A DNA stretch of 64,000 nt, taken from positions 1,082-65,081 of the forward strand of contig JBBIMO010000005.1 of NCBI GenBank assembly GCA_037444365.1, in the 5' to 3' direction. Shown piece after piece: positions 28,717-38,756 of this stretch (its first letter is position 1; the number at the start of each line of letters is the position of its first letter). The notes under the pieces are model-generated. The model searched no databases. It was not told where the DNA came from and saw only the letters and a program-made list of their open reading frames with translations. The position numbers and the translations under genes are program-made. Source of the DNA: Chloroflexota bacterium (GTDB lineage Bacteria; Chloroflexota; Dehalococcoidia; GIF9; AB-539-J10).

Positions 28717-29347
28717 CTATACCCCCTACATATCCATACTCTTGAAGAAACCGAGAGTCCAGCCTCTGTTCTGTTCGCTCTCTAAGACTTTCAACATATT
28801 TAGCCAGGATGTCTGCTTCTAGATTGACTACATCCCCTGATCTCTTCTTTCCCAACGTAGTGTTCTCCCTGGTGTACGCTACCAGAGACACGACAAAAGA
28901 AAGATCGTCGATGTCCACAACAGTCAGACTAACGCCATCGACAGCTACAAAGCCTTTGCTCACAATGTAAGGCATCAGCTTGGCTGGTGTCGAAATCCTC
29001 ACAATACGTGCGGCTTCCTCGCTATTTACCTCCAGTACTTCTCCGAGATCATCAACGTGCCCCAGCACTAGATGGCCACCCAGACGTTCCCCCAGCACCA
29101 ATGCCCTCTCCAAGTTCACCTGGTCGCCATAACGCAACTCACCGAGATTGGTGCGACGCAGCGTCTCAGGCATAACATCAACACTGAAGCTATGACCATC
29201 AAGTGAGACCACGGTCAAGCAAGCCCCATTCACAGCTATGCTATCGCCCACCCTCATTTCTTCAAGCACGTTGCTGGCTTCGAAAGCTAAGCGCTCGCGG
29301 CTTGTTCCTCTGACTATGCCGATCTCCTCAACTATGCCTGTGAACAT
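28706..29347 (-). CDS. ribE: Riboflavin synthase alpha subunit
   Basis: It reads MFTGIVEEIG...GACLTV with a duplicated lumazine-binding repeat. The start is taken at the MFTG Met. Confidence 0.85.
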   Translation of the reverse strand: MFTGIVEEIGIVRGTSRERLAFEASNVLEEMRVGDSIAVNGACLTVVSLDGHSFSVDVMPETLRRTNLGELRYGDQVNLERALVLGERLGGHLVLGHVDDLGEVLEVNSEEAARIVRISTPAKLMPYIVSKGFVAVDGVSLTVVDIDDLSFVVSLVAYTRENTTLGKKRSGDVVNLEADILAKYVESLRERTEQRLDSRFLQEYGYVGGIDAG

Positions 29348-30488
29348 CCTGTACACCTGATACCCAAGCCCCTTGCGGCAGCCTTTCCTCTACATATCCG
29401 CAAACCAATATATCATCGCCGAAATTCCTCATATCGACGCGGCTAAGACGTATGGCTTTAGCTAGATTATCAACGCCATTTCCTCCCACACTTACCGCCT
29501 CACTGCCACCAATAATGATTGGCGCAATGAAAGCCACTACTTTGTCCACCAGGTGACGGTCGAAAAGTGAGCCCAGCAGCTTACCACCCCCTTCCACCAA
29601 GACAGTCACAATATCCCGCTTCCCCAACAACTTCAACAACTCCCCGACGTCCACCCAGCCTCCTTCAGCCGGCAATTCCAACACTTCAGCACCCACCTTT
29701 AACAACCTCTCTTTCTTTACGGGGTCAAAAGGCGCTGCTACAGCGAGCAAGGCCACACCTGGTGGCGTGAAGATATGAGCACTCAATGGCACTTTCCCTC
29801 TGCTGTCAACAATCAAGCGTAGAGGCTGCGTCTTTCCTATACCACCTTTGCCACCACAACCCCTGGCTGTGAGACGGGGATTGTCAGCAACAACGGTGTT
29901 TACGCCAACCATTACAGCGTCGACAGTATGACGCAGGGCATGTGCATAGTTCCTCGCCTCTTCTTTGGTTATCCATTTCGAATCACCTGTCCTGGTGGCA
30001 ATCTTGCCGTCAAGGCTCATGGCAAATTTAGCCACGACAAATGGCAAACCGGTAGTAATGTGCTTGATATAGGCCTCATTTATTTCATAGGCTTCTCGCT
30101 CACACATGCCTACATGGGTCTTGATGCCTCTCTCATTCAGCCTGCCTATCCCACGCCCCGAGACCACAGGGTTGGGATCAAGCAAGGCTACATGAACCTC
30201 TGAAATGCCAGCATCAATTATGGCTTCAGTGCAAGGTGGAGTCCGTCCATAGTGAGGGCAAGGCTCGAGAGTAACGTACATGATGGCACCCTGCGCCCGA
30301 TCACCAGCCTGACGGAGTGCCATAATCTCAGCATGCTCCGAACCAGCAGGATGAGTATATCCCGTACCGACAGCCAGTCCATCCCTGACAACTACTGCAC
30401 CCACCGCGGGGTTAGGACTGGTATATCCCATAGCTAACTTAGCCAGAGATAGAGCACATTCCATATAGCGCTGGGATGGCATTACCAT
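29328..30488 (-). CDS. ribD: Riboflavin biosynthesis deaminase/reductase
   Basis: The CMP/dCMP deaminase zinc motifs are HAEIMAL and PCPHYGRTPPC. A C-terminal RibD reductase domain follows. Confidence 0.9.
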   Translation of the reverse strand: MVMPSQRYMECALSLAKLAMGYTSPNPAVGAVVVRDGLAVGTGYTHPAGSEHAEIMALRQAGDRAQGAIMYVTLEPCPHYGRTPPCTEAIIDAGISEVHVALLDPNPVVSGRGIGRLNERGIKTHVGMCEREAYEINEAYIKHITTGLPFVVAKFAMSLDGKIATRTGDSKWITKEEARNYAHALRHTVDAVMVGVNTVVADNPRLTARGCGGKGGIGKTQPLRLIVDSRGKVPLSAHIFTPPGVALLAVAAPFDPVKKERLLKVGAEVLELPAEGGWVDVGELLKLLGKRDIVTVLVEGGGKLLGSLFDRHLVDKVVAFIAPIIIGGSEAVSVGGNGVDNLAKAIRLSRVDMRNFGDDILVCGYVEERLPQGAWVSGVQDVHRHS

Positions 30489-30799
30489 CTACTTCCTACG
30501 GCAGAATCATTCGTAACAGATTGCTCGCTGCAGACTCAGATTGCTTTGGCATCTATTCTCTGCATTGTCAGAACAGCATAGTCTCCGGGTGAAAGCTACC
30601 AAATCTAGCACAGATAGTTGCGCAGTGCCACCTCAATAATACAAGGTAATTGGCAATTTGCCAAATTACACAACTCATCAGGATGAGGGTTCCCTTTCAC
30701 TGTTCTCAACATTGATTGTAACAGCAGACTAGGCGAAGTGCAAAAAGCAGGCCCAAATGGTGATGTGACTGCCATTCTTGTATAATGTTCCTAAGAGGA

Positions 30800-31219
30800 A
30801 TGGAAAAACCCTTTGAGATTATTGACCACACTGCTGACATAGGCATCATCGTCTACGGAATGGATGTCAAAGAGCTTTTTTCCAACGCTGCCCTAGCTCT
30901 GTTCAGTTTGATTACTCAGCCCGAAGGCATTCAGGGCAAGTTGCACCTAAACCTGAGAGTAAGTAGCGAACGCACAGATACCCTGCTCGTCGCGTGGCTT
31001 AACGAACTCATCTACTTCTTTGACGCCAAACACCTCCTGTTCAATCAGTTCGACATTGTGAATCTGACTGATGGTGAACTTACTGCTACGTGTCACGGCG
31101 AAAACTTTGATCCCAAGAGACACGAGATAAAAATAGGCGTGAAGGCGGCCACATATCACGGGCTGAAGCTAGACAAGAGCAGCGAAGGCTACAGGGCACA
31201 GGTAATTCTCGATATCTAG
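30800..31219 (+). CDS. Archease (RtcB activator)
   Basis: It begins MEKPFEIIDHTADIGI, the typical archease start, with an AAGAGGA RBS. An extended -10 TGTATAAT lies at 30779-30786. The ORF-track start at 30785 would fall inside the -10 element. Confidence 0.8.
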   Translation: MEKPFEIIDHTADIGIIVYGMDVKELFSNAALALFSLITQPEGIQGKLHLNLRVSSERTDTLLVAWLNELIYFFDAKHLLFNQFDIVNLTDGELTATCHGENFDPKRHEIKIGVKAATYHGLKLDKSSEGYRAQVILDI

Positions 31220-31228
31220 GAGCTACAC

Positions 31229-32686
31229 ATGGCACGGTGGGAAGGACAACTTATCAAGATAGACGACTATCGCTGGAAGATTCCCCTGGATCAGAGAGCT
31301 GGCATGAAGGTCCCCGGCCTAATCTATGCCAGCGAGGAGATGCTGGAATCCATACGTGAGGACCAAACGCCTCAACAGATCTCTAATGTCGCTTTTCTGC
31401 CTGGAATAGTAGGTTGCTCCCTCGCCATGCCAGATATCCATTGGGGTTACGGCTTCCCCATAGGCGGAGTGGCGGCGATGGATGTTAAGGAGGGCGTCGT
31501 GTCGCCCGGCGGAGTGGGTTATGACATCAATTGTGGAGTAAGGTTGTTGCGTACCGATCTCACCGAACCTGAAGTGCGGCCCCATATTAATGAACTGATC
31601 AATGAGCTTTTCCACAACATACCATCGGGTCTGGGCTCTGAAGGAAAGATCAAGGTAAGCCAGAAAGAGATGAACCAGTTGATGGTCGAAGGGGCTCGTT
31701 GGGCTGTCAAGCGCAGCCTAGGTTCCGAGGAAGACCTGGGTGTTACCGAAGAAGGCGGATGCCTCATTGGCGCCGATCCCAGCAAGGTTAGCGATAGGGC
31801 AGTGAAAAGAGGTATGCCCCAAGCTGGCACGTTGGGCTCGGGAAATCACTTCCTTGAGATTCAGGTGGTCAAGATGATATTCGATGCCCAGAAAGCGAGT
31901 GTTATGGGCATCACTGATATAGGCCAGGTCTTGGTCCTTATTCACACAGGCTCTCGCGGCTTAGGCCATCAAATATGTACTGACCACCTGCGCGTCATGG
32001 AACAGGCGGTGTCAAAGTACCGCATTAAGCTGCCCGATCGGCAGCTCGCCTGTGCTCCCATACGATCAAAAGAGGGTCAGGACTATCTGGCTGCCATGGC
32101 ATGTGCAGCCAATTATGCCTGGGCTAACCGACAGTGCATTGCCCATTGGACGCGAGAGAGTTTCTCCAAAGTCCTCGGCAAAGATTCCGACAGACTTGGC
32201 ATGAGGCAAGTTTACGATGTTGCCCATAACATAGCCAAAATAGAGGAACACACGATAGATGGTCGTCTGGCTAAGGTCTGTGTTCACCGCAAAGGAGCCA
32301 CCAGAGCTTTTCCCGCGGGCCACAAGGATACTCCCAGCCTCTACAGAGAGATAGGGCAACCTGTGCTTGTGCCCGGAGACATGGGACGTTGTTCTTTCGT
32401 TGCCCTGGGCACTGAAAAGGCGATGGCCGAGAGCTTTGGCTCAACCTGTCACGGCGCAGGCAGGGTGTTAAGCCGAGGCGCTGCCAAACGAGCTACCAGA
32501 GGAGCGGATATTATACGAGAACTAGAAAGCAGAGGCATAATCGTCAAAGCGGAAAGCATTTCCGCGCTAGCTGAGGAGGCTTCTCAAGCCTACAAAGACG
32601 TCACTCAAGTCATAGATGTAGTGCACCAAGCTGGCATTTCTAGAAAGGTGGCTATGGCTGTACCTATGGGCGTCATCAAGGGCTAG
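31229..32686 (+). CDS. rtcB: RNA 3'-phosphate ligase RtcB
   Basis: It has conserved metal and GMP-His motifs (GYDINCGVR, HTGSRG, GHQ, CHGAGR) at a size of 485 aa. Confidence 0.9.
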   Translation: MARWEGQLIKIDDYRWKIPLDQRAGMKVPGLIYASEEMLESIREDQTPQQISNVAFLPGIVGCSLAMPDIHWGYGFPIGGVAAMDVKEGVVSPGGVGYDINCGVRLLRTDLTEPEVRPHINELINELFHNIPSGLGSEGKIKVSQKEMNQLMVEGARWAVKRSLGSEEDLGVTEEGGCLIGADPSKVSDRAVKRGMPQAGTLGSGNHFLEIQVVKMIFDAQKASVMGITDIGQVLVLIHTGSRGLGHQICTDHLRVMEQAVSKYRIKLPDRQLACAPIRSKEGQDYLAAMACAANYAWANRQCIAHWTRESFSKVLGKDSDRLGMRQVYDVAHNIAKIEEHTIDGRLAKVCVHRKGATRAFPAGHKDTPSLYREIGQPVLVPGDMGRCSFVALGTEKAMAESFGSTCHGAGRVLSRGAAKRATRGADIIRELESRGIIVKAESISALAEEASQAYKDVTQVIDVVHQAGISRKVAMAVPMGVIKG

Positions 32687-32693
32687 AACAACC

Positions 32694-33356
32694 GTGTCAC
32701 TTCAAGCGAAGCGAGACAATCTCCACACCATAATCAACCTGCCTTCACCTCGGTTGAAAGGTAAGGTCTCATTAGAGGAAGCGATGGCGCGGCGGCGGTC
32801 GGTTCGTACGTTTCGCAGGGAAGCGGTTGATTTATCTCAATTGAGCCAAATACTCTGGTCAGCCCAGGGCATCACCGGAACCAGGGGATTCAGAGCAGCG
32901 CCTAGTGCTGGAGCTACCTATCCTTTGGAAATCTTCGCGGTCGTCGGCAAACATGGGGTCCTTGCCAGCGAGGCAAGTCAAGAACCCCAAGAACTGCAGG
33001 CCGGCATCTACCACTATGAAGTGGATTCTCATGCCTTGACTTTACATAAAGCCAGCGACCTGAGAACAGACCTGGCCAGAGCAACCTTCCACCAGGAGTT
33101 CATTAACGACGCCCCGGTGGATATTGTCATCTGCGCCATTTATCACAGAACCTCCTACAGATATGGCGCACGCGGAGAAAGATATGTTCACATGGAGGTG
33201 GGACACGTAGGCGAAAACATCCACCTTCAGACCGTGGCTTTGGGGTTAGCTACTGTGGAAGTCGGCGCTTTCCGTGACGAAGAAGTGAGGGAGATTCTTG
33301 GGGTAGACGAGCAGATCAAGCCCCTGTACATAATGCCAGTAGGCAAATCTGTGTGA
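32694..33356 (+). CDS. Nitroreductase-family (SagB-type dehydrogenase domain) protein
   Basis: It reads RRSVRTF....PSAGATYP...VGHVGENIHLQ. Confidence 0.7.
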   Translation: MSLQAKRDNLHTIINLPSPRLKGKVSLEEAMARRRSVRTFRREAVDLSQLSQILWSAQGITGTRGFRAAPSAGATYPLEIFAVVGKHGVLASEASQEPQELQAGIYHYEVDSHALTLHKASDLRTDLARATFHQEFINDAPVDIVICAIYHRTSYRYGARGERYVHMEVGHVGENIHLQTVALGLATVEVGAFRDEEVREILGVDEQIKPLYIMPVGKSV

Positions 33357-33505
33357 AGAAATGCCAAGACGATCAGGCCTTGTCTTTGTGTGCCTGAAGT
33401 GTTCTCCGCTCAAAATCGAATCGACCGCCCCGCGTTTGCTCCTCACCATTAGAGCTATTTGACCACTCTCCCCGAAAGCTATAGAATAACCTCACCCCGC
33501 AAGCA

Positions 33506-34477
33506 ATGACTCCGGAGACTGCAAGGCTAGTGGAACAGATGCTTAAGGGAGAGAACCTCTCTCTCTCACGAATCATCAGCCTGATAGAAAACGAGAGCAG
33601 CCAAGTGCCTGAAATCATGCAGTTGGTCGCTCCGCACGTAGGCAAGGCTCACTGCATAGGGATAACCGGGCCTCCGGGAGTAGGAAAGAGTACATTGGTG
33701 GACAAGTTAGCAGCTTTGATGCGGCAGGAAGGCTCAAAAGTGGGGATAATTGCCGTGGATCCCTCAAGTCCGTTCTCGGGAGGAGCAGTACTAGGCGACC
33801 GGATACGAATGCAACAGCATTATCTTGACAACGGGGTCTTCATTCGTAGCATGGCAACTCGTGGCAGTATGGGCGGGCTGCCGCAGACCGCAGGATCCGT
33901 AATCAAATTGCTTGACGCCTCTGGTAAGGACTTCATCTTGGTAGAGACAGTGGGAGTGGGGCAGACAGAAGTAGATGTTATGGAAAAGACCGATACTGTT
34001 CTAGTCACATTATGCCCGGAATCTGGGGACGCCATTCAGACGATGAAAGCAGGGCTGCTTGAGATCGCTGACATATTTGTGGTCAATAAAGCTGATCATC
34101 CTGGTGCAGACAACTTTGTCCATGATATACAAGCTATGCTGCAGCTTCGTGAGCCAAGTTGGTGGAATGCACCTGTGGTAACCACAGAAGCAGTTAACAA
34201 CGTGGGCATCGAGGACCTTTACAAGCATGTTCAACTACACTACCAAGCTCTTTGCAAGAATGGGCGACTTACACAGCGTCGCCGGCTCCAGCGAAAACAG
34301 GAGTTCATAAGAACTCTGGAACGGAAACTTGCAAGTAAGTTGCTGGAGTTGATTGAGCAGGATGGGCAAATGAGCACCTATATGGAGAAGGTGGAAAAGG
34401 GAGAGCTTGACCCGTATTCTGCGGCAGACGAAATCCTCAAATCTGGGAGCCTCCTGGCCGATTGGTTGCGTCAATAA
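33506..34477 (+). CDS. meaB: MeaB/ArgK-type G3E GTPase (metallochaperone)
   Basis: It has a P-loop (GITGPPGVGKST), ETVGVGQ and VVNKAD motifs. A promoter TTGACC, 17-bp spacer, TAGAAT lies upstream. Confidence 0.8.
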   Translation: MTPETARLVEQMLKGENLSLSRIISLIENESSQVPEIMQLVAPHVGKAHCIGITGPPGVGKSTLVDKLAALMRQEGSKVGIIAVDPSSPFSGGAVLGDRIRMQQHYLDNGVFIRSMATRGSMGGLPQTAGSVIKLLDASGKDFILVETVGVGQTEVDVMEKTDTVLVTLCPESGDAIQTMKAGLLEIADIFVVNKADHPGADNFVHDIQAMLQLREPSWWNAPVVTTEAVNNVGIEDLYKHVQLHYQALCKNGRLTQRRRLQRKQEFIRTLERKLASKLLELIEQDGQMSTYMEKVEKGELDPYSAADEILKSGSLLADWLRQ

Positions 34478-34494
34478 TCTCAGAATGAGTCACT

Positions 34495-35901
34495 ATGGCC
34501 AAGAACTATGATGTCGTCATAGTTGGTGCTGGTCCTGCTGGTATCTTCGCTAGCCTGGAACTGTGTAATGCTGGCCTCGATGTGCTGCTCCTGGACAAGG
34601 GGCGGGGAATTGATGCTCGCGTCTGTCCTGTTCAAAACAAAAGTGGATGTTGTGCCCTCTGCTCCCCATGCCATTTGGTCAGTGGCTTCGGAGGTGCCGG
34701 GGCTTTCAGCGATGGCAAACTGACTCTCTCTACCCAGGTAGGAGGCCGGCTCAAGGAATTGGTTGGTTCTGAACAAGCCCGGGCACTCATAGATTATGTT
34801 GATTCGATATATCTCAAATTCGGCGCCGCTCCCAGAGTCTATGGAATCGGGCCAAATACAGCTAAGTTGGAACGGGAAGCGGGCTTGGCCGGGCTTACAT
34901 TGACCCCTGTCAAATTGCGTCATCTCGGGACGGAACTTTGTCACGAAACACTGAAGGCTATGCAGGGTTATCTGTCACCCAAAGTGGATATAAGACTGAG
35001 AGCAACAGCCAAGAGCATAATAGTTGAGGGCGGTGTGCTCAAGGCAGTTGAAACCAGCGATGGCGAAAGTCTCAACTGCCTCTATTTGGTTCTGGCTCCG
35101 GGCAGAGAGGGGGCGGAATGGCTATGCAACGAAGCCCAGAGGCTTAAGCTAAGCCTTGATTCCAACCCCGTGGACGTGGGCTGCAGAATAGAAGTACCAA
35201 TGACAACCATGGAAAAGTTAACCAAGACGTTGTATGAATCAAAACTCGAATTCTATTCCCGAAGCTTCAATGACCGTGTCAGAACGTTCTGCATGTGTCC
35301 CGGCGGTGAGGTGATCATGGAGTCTACAGGCGGCTCCGATCCTGTGATCACAGTCAATGGCATTGGTTATACCCACCCTCGGACGAAGAATACTAACTTC
35401 GCCATATTGGTAAGCACCACCTTCACTGAGCCTTTCCATGAACCTATCGCCTACGGCAAATATGTGGCAAGGCTAGCTAACATCCTCAGTGGCGGTGTGC
35501 TGGTGCAGAGACTTGGGGATCTAATGGATGGTCGCCGATCTACACCGGCTCGCCTGCAGAATAATTCCATTGAACCCAGCTTAAAGGCAGCAACTCCCGG
35601 AGATTTGAGTTTTGCCCTCCCCTATCGCTATCTCAAAAGTATAGTGGAAATGCTTCAGGCGATTGACAAGCTGACTCCGGGTGTCGCCTCCCCTCAGACC
35701 TTGCTTTATGGAATAGAGGTCAAATTCTACTCCAGCCGGCTGAAGTTAACCCCTTGTCTGGAGACCGAGATCGGCAATGTATTTGCTGCTGGCGACGGCG
35801 CGGGCGTCAGCCGAGGTTTGGTTCAGGCTTCAGCCTCCGGTATAGTGGCAGCTAGAGAGATACTGAAACGATCAGGCAGAAGGTCTTCCTCAAGAACGTG
35901 A
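34495..35901 (+). CDS. FAD-dependent dehydrogenase (COG2509-like)
   Basis: The N-terminal Rossmann fold (DVVIVGAGPAGIFASLEL) is followed by a cysteine cluster (CPVQNKSGCCALCSPC). Confidence 0.65.
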   Translation: MAKNYDVVIVGAGPAGIFASLELCNAGLDVLLLDKGRGIDARVCPVQNKSGCCALCSPCHLVSGFGGAGAFSDGKLTLSTQVGGRLKELVGSEQARALIDYVDSIYLKFGAAPRVYGIGPNTAKLEREAGLAGLTLTPVKLRHLGTELCHETLKAMQGYLSPKVDIRLRATAKSIIVEGGVLKAVETSDGESLNCLYLVLAPGREGAEWLCNEAQRLKLSLDSNPVDVGCRIEVPMTTMEKLTKTLYESKLEFYSRSFNDRVRTFCMCPGGEVIMESTGGSDPVITVNGIGYTHPRTKNTNFAILVSTTFTEPFHEPIAYGKYVARLANILSGGVLVQRLGDLMDGRRSTPARLQNNSIEPSLKAATPGDLSFALPYRYLKSIVEMLQAIDKLTPGVASPQTLLYGIEVKFYSSRLKLTPCLETEIGNVFAAGDGAGVSRGLVQASASGIVAAREILKRSGRRSSSRT

Positions 35902-36605
35902 CCTATCCTACTTTTCGGGGAAGTGGTGTAACCTCAAGACAAGCAGAGCGACCGTTTGGGGCTGGATACCAGGTTACAACAGATATCGTCGCTTTGCTGA
36001 GTTTCTATTGAACCCGAGTCATAGCGGTTGAGGCACCCTTGATCTTTCCACTGCCGTTATGCCGTCTTCAAGAGCACTGTTCCTACCAGCCAAAATCCCA
36101 AGACAACACAAGCGATGTGAGCAAACTGCAGCAACAAAGAATTCCCTGTCGTCCCACAATCAAGAGGATACTCATCGGGAACTTGTTCTACCGCGGTATG
36201 GAGCTCAAAACCGGCATCAGCCGCGACACGAAGTAGACTGCTCAAGTCATAAGGACCTACTCTTTCATCGGCAAGGTGCTACTTTCCGGTGAAAACCACA
36301 CCCCGGGAAACTACCAGCCAAGGAATGAGCTTTCTTATGGACAAACTGCGGGACATTCTGCCCAGCCTTAGGTCGCATTTGCACCTGGTCAACCACAACT
36401 TGTGCGACGCTGCGGCGGCAGCCCGCACTGCCTGACTCCATTAGCAAAACAAGGTGGAGGATTTTGGCGGCAGTGACGAGCGGACATTGTTTTCCTGCGG
36501 TAGACCCTTAGTAGGTGGGGTGGATAAAAAGTAAGCCGACTCGGAATTCCGATCCCTGATTGACGTTCGCCCGTTTCCGTTGTTAAACTACAGCAAGGGG
36601 GCAAA

Positions 36606-37700
36606 ATGGAATTGACTTTAAGCGTTATCAAGGCAGACATCGGCGGCTATGTCGGGCACTCTTCCAGTCATCCTCATGTGATACAAAAGGCCAAGGAAAA
36701 ACTCGAGCGCGCCCAAGCCAAAGGGCTGCTCATCGACCATCACGTGACAGTTTGTGGCGACGACCTCCAGTTGATAATGACCCACATGCATGGTGAGGAT
36801 AGCAGGAAGATCCACAAGTTAGCCTGGGACACATTTGTGGAATGCACCAAGGTAGCTCAGTGTTTGAAGCTGCATGGTGCCGGGCAGGACCTTCTGTGCG
36901 ATGCTTTCTCTGGCAATGTCAAGGGGATGGGACCTGGCACTGCTGAGATGGAATTCTCCGAGCGCGAGGCTGAAACCATAATCATACTCATGGCGGACAA
37001 GACTGCATCTGGCGCCTGGAATCTGCCGCTGTATAAAATATTCGCCGACCCTTTCAACACCATCGGGCTGGTTATTGCCTCCAACATGCACCCCGGCTTC
37101 ACCTTTGAAATCCATGACGTCAAGAAGCACAAAAGAATCAGGCTTAACGCTCCCGAGGAGATCTATGACATGCTGGTTTTTCTCGGCGCACCGAGCCGCT
37201 ACGCTATTAAGGCGGTTTATCATAAAGACAGCGGGGAAATAGCTGCCGTCTCCTCCACTCAGAGGTTGTCCTTAATGGCAGGCAGATATGTAGGCAAGGA
37301 TGACCCTGTGTGTATCATCCGCTCCCAAGGCAAATTTCCCGCCGTGGGAGAAATACTTGAGCCCTTTGCATCTCCCCACATAGTAGAAGGCTGGATGAGA
37401 GGCTCGCACCACGGCCCCTTGATGCCCGTAGCTGTCCGGGAAAGTAATCCTTGCCGTTTTGATGGTCCCCCACGAGTGGTAGCAATTGGCTTCCAAATTG
37501 CCAATGGTAGACTCGTTGGGCCTCGCGACCTCTTCGATGACCCTGCTTTCGATGAGGCGCGTCGTCAAGCAAACATTATGGCGGATTTCCTGCGTCGAAT
37601 GGGTCCGTTTGAACCGCATCGCCTGCCACTTGAAGAAATGGAGTACACCACTATGCCTGAAGTGGCAAAGAAGCTGGCGCCACGATTTCAAGATATCTGA
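36606..37700 (+). CDS. fbp: Bifunctional fructose-1,6-bisphosphate aldolase/phosphatase (archaeal-type class V FBPase)
   Basis: The N-terminus (SVIKADIGGYVGHSSSHP...VCGDDLQLIMTHMHGEDS) matches the FBP aldolase/phosphatase family, at a typical size of 364 aa. Confidence 0.85.
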   Translation: MELTLSVIKADIGGYVGHSSSHPHVIQKAKEKLERAQAKGLLIDHHVTVCGDDLQLIMTHMHGEDSRKIHKLAWDTFVECTKVAQCLKLHGAGQDLLCDAFSGNVKGMGPGTAEMEFSEREAETIIILMADKTASGAWNLPLYKIFADPFNTIGLVIASNMHPGFTFEIHDVKKHKRIRLNAPEEIYDMLVFLGAPSRYAIKAVYHKDSGEIAAVSSTQRLSLMAGRYVGKDDPVCIIRSQGKFPAVGEILEPFASPHIVEGWMRGSHHGPLMPVAVRESNPCRFDGPPRVVAIGFQIANGRLVGPRDLFDDPAFDEARRQANIMADFLRRMGPFEPHRLPLEEMEYTTMPEVAKKLAPRFQDI

Positions 37701-37706
37701 CAACAA

Positions 37707-38303
37707 ATGCCGAAGCTTCTCTTAGCTACCTCCAATTCCGGCAAAATCAGAGAGTATCGCTTCCTCTTGAATTGTCTTGACTATCAAATAACCACTCTGG
37801 CCGAAGAAGGCATAACAGAAATCGTCACCGAGTCCGGGAACAACTACGAGCAAAATGCTCAGCTAAAGGCGGTTAGCTATGCCAATCTCAGCCAGCTTAT
37901 CGCTCTTGCCGACGACTCAGGTCTGGAGGTTGATGCTCTCAATGGTGAGCCGGGTGTTAAATCAGCTCGCTTTGCTGGTGAGACTGCTACAGATGCGGAG
38001 AGGGTGAGGCTCCTCTTGGCTAGACTCAATGGTGTTCCCTGGGAGCGACGAACCGCCCGTTTTAGGTGCGTCATCGCCATAGCTACTCCGGAAGGCAAAA
38101 CTGAAGTGTGCTATGGTGAGTGCCATGGCATAATTGCCCTCGAACCTAAGGGAGCAAATGGTTTTGGCTATGACCCTGTCTTCTTTCTTCCCGAATTGGG
38201 TATGACGATGGCCGAACTCCCGTTACAGACGAAAAACAGACTAAGCCACCGTGCCCGCGCGTGCAAGAGAGCACGCCAGCTGCTGAAGAAACTGCACACC
38301 TAA
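37707..38303 (+). CDS. rdgB: Non-canonical purine NTP pyrophosphatase (RdgB/Ham1)
   Basis: It reads LLLATSNSGKIREY...FGYDPVF. Confidence 0.85.
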   Translation: MPKLLLATSNSGKIREYRFLLNCLDYQITTLAEEGITEIVTESGNNYEQNAQLKAVSYANLSQLIALADDSGLEVDALNGEPGVKSARFAGETATDAERVRLLLARLNGVPWERRTARFRCVIAIATPEGKTEVCYGECHGIIALEPKGANGFGYDPVFFLPELGMTMAELPLQTKNRLSHRARACKRARQLLKKLHT

Positions 38304-38476
38304 CTTGTTGCGTGTCGCATCAACTAAGCATCTACCTACGCGACGGACGCTCGTTTAGATCACAGGCGTCGTGCATAAGTGGCGAAATTTCCCACAACAC
38401 TTGAGAGAAACCTAAGGAAAACCTATTGACATTCCAGTAGTGATGGCTTATCCTGTTACAAAAAGGGAGGTGAACA

Positions 38477-38618
38477 GATGCAAGCATACTGCATGAAGTG
38501 CCGCGCCAAGAGAGAAATGAAAAACACCCGAAACATAGTCATGAAGAACCGCAGGCCGGCTACTCAGGGCGTATGTCCCGTATGTGGGACCAAGATGTTC
38601 AGAATAGGGAAGGGCTAG
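38477..38618 (+). CDS. 46-aa zinc-ribbon micro-protein
   Basis: It reads MQAYCMKCRAKREMKNTRNIVMKNRRPATQGVCPVCGTKMFRIGKG, with two CxxC pairs. A strong RBS (AAAGGGAGGTGAACAG) and a promoter (TTGACA, 17-bp spacer, TATCCT) lie upstream. It is shorter than the 60-aa ORF-track cutoff. Confidence 0.6.
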
Positions 38619-38756
38619 AACTAGTGTCTTAGGTGGTGGAACCATTAGAAGGCTGGGTATCCCCGTGGATGGATGCCCAGCCTTTCATTATCGGCTATGC
38701 TTAAGGCAGTGGTGCTCGCTTGTAGGGAAGGTCGTAGCTGAACCGATTATGGGTAT

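Noticed and set aside
30489-30784. Looked for an FMN riboswitch upstream of ribD on the minus strand.
   Set aside because: Neither the GGGCAGGGUGAAAUUCCC element nor the CCGACAGU..AGUCUGGAUGGGAGA element, nor their complements, are recognisable. The region instead holds the divergent archease promoter.
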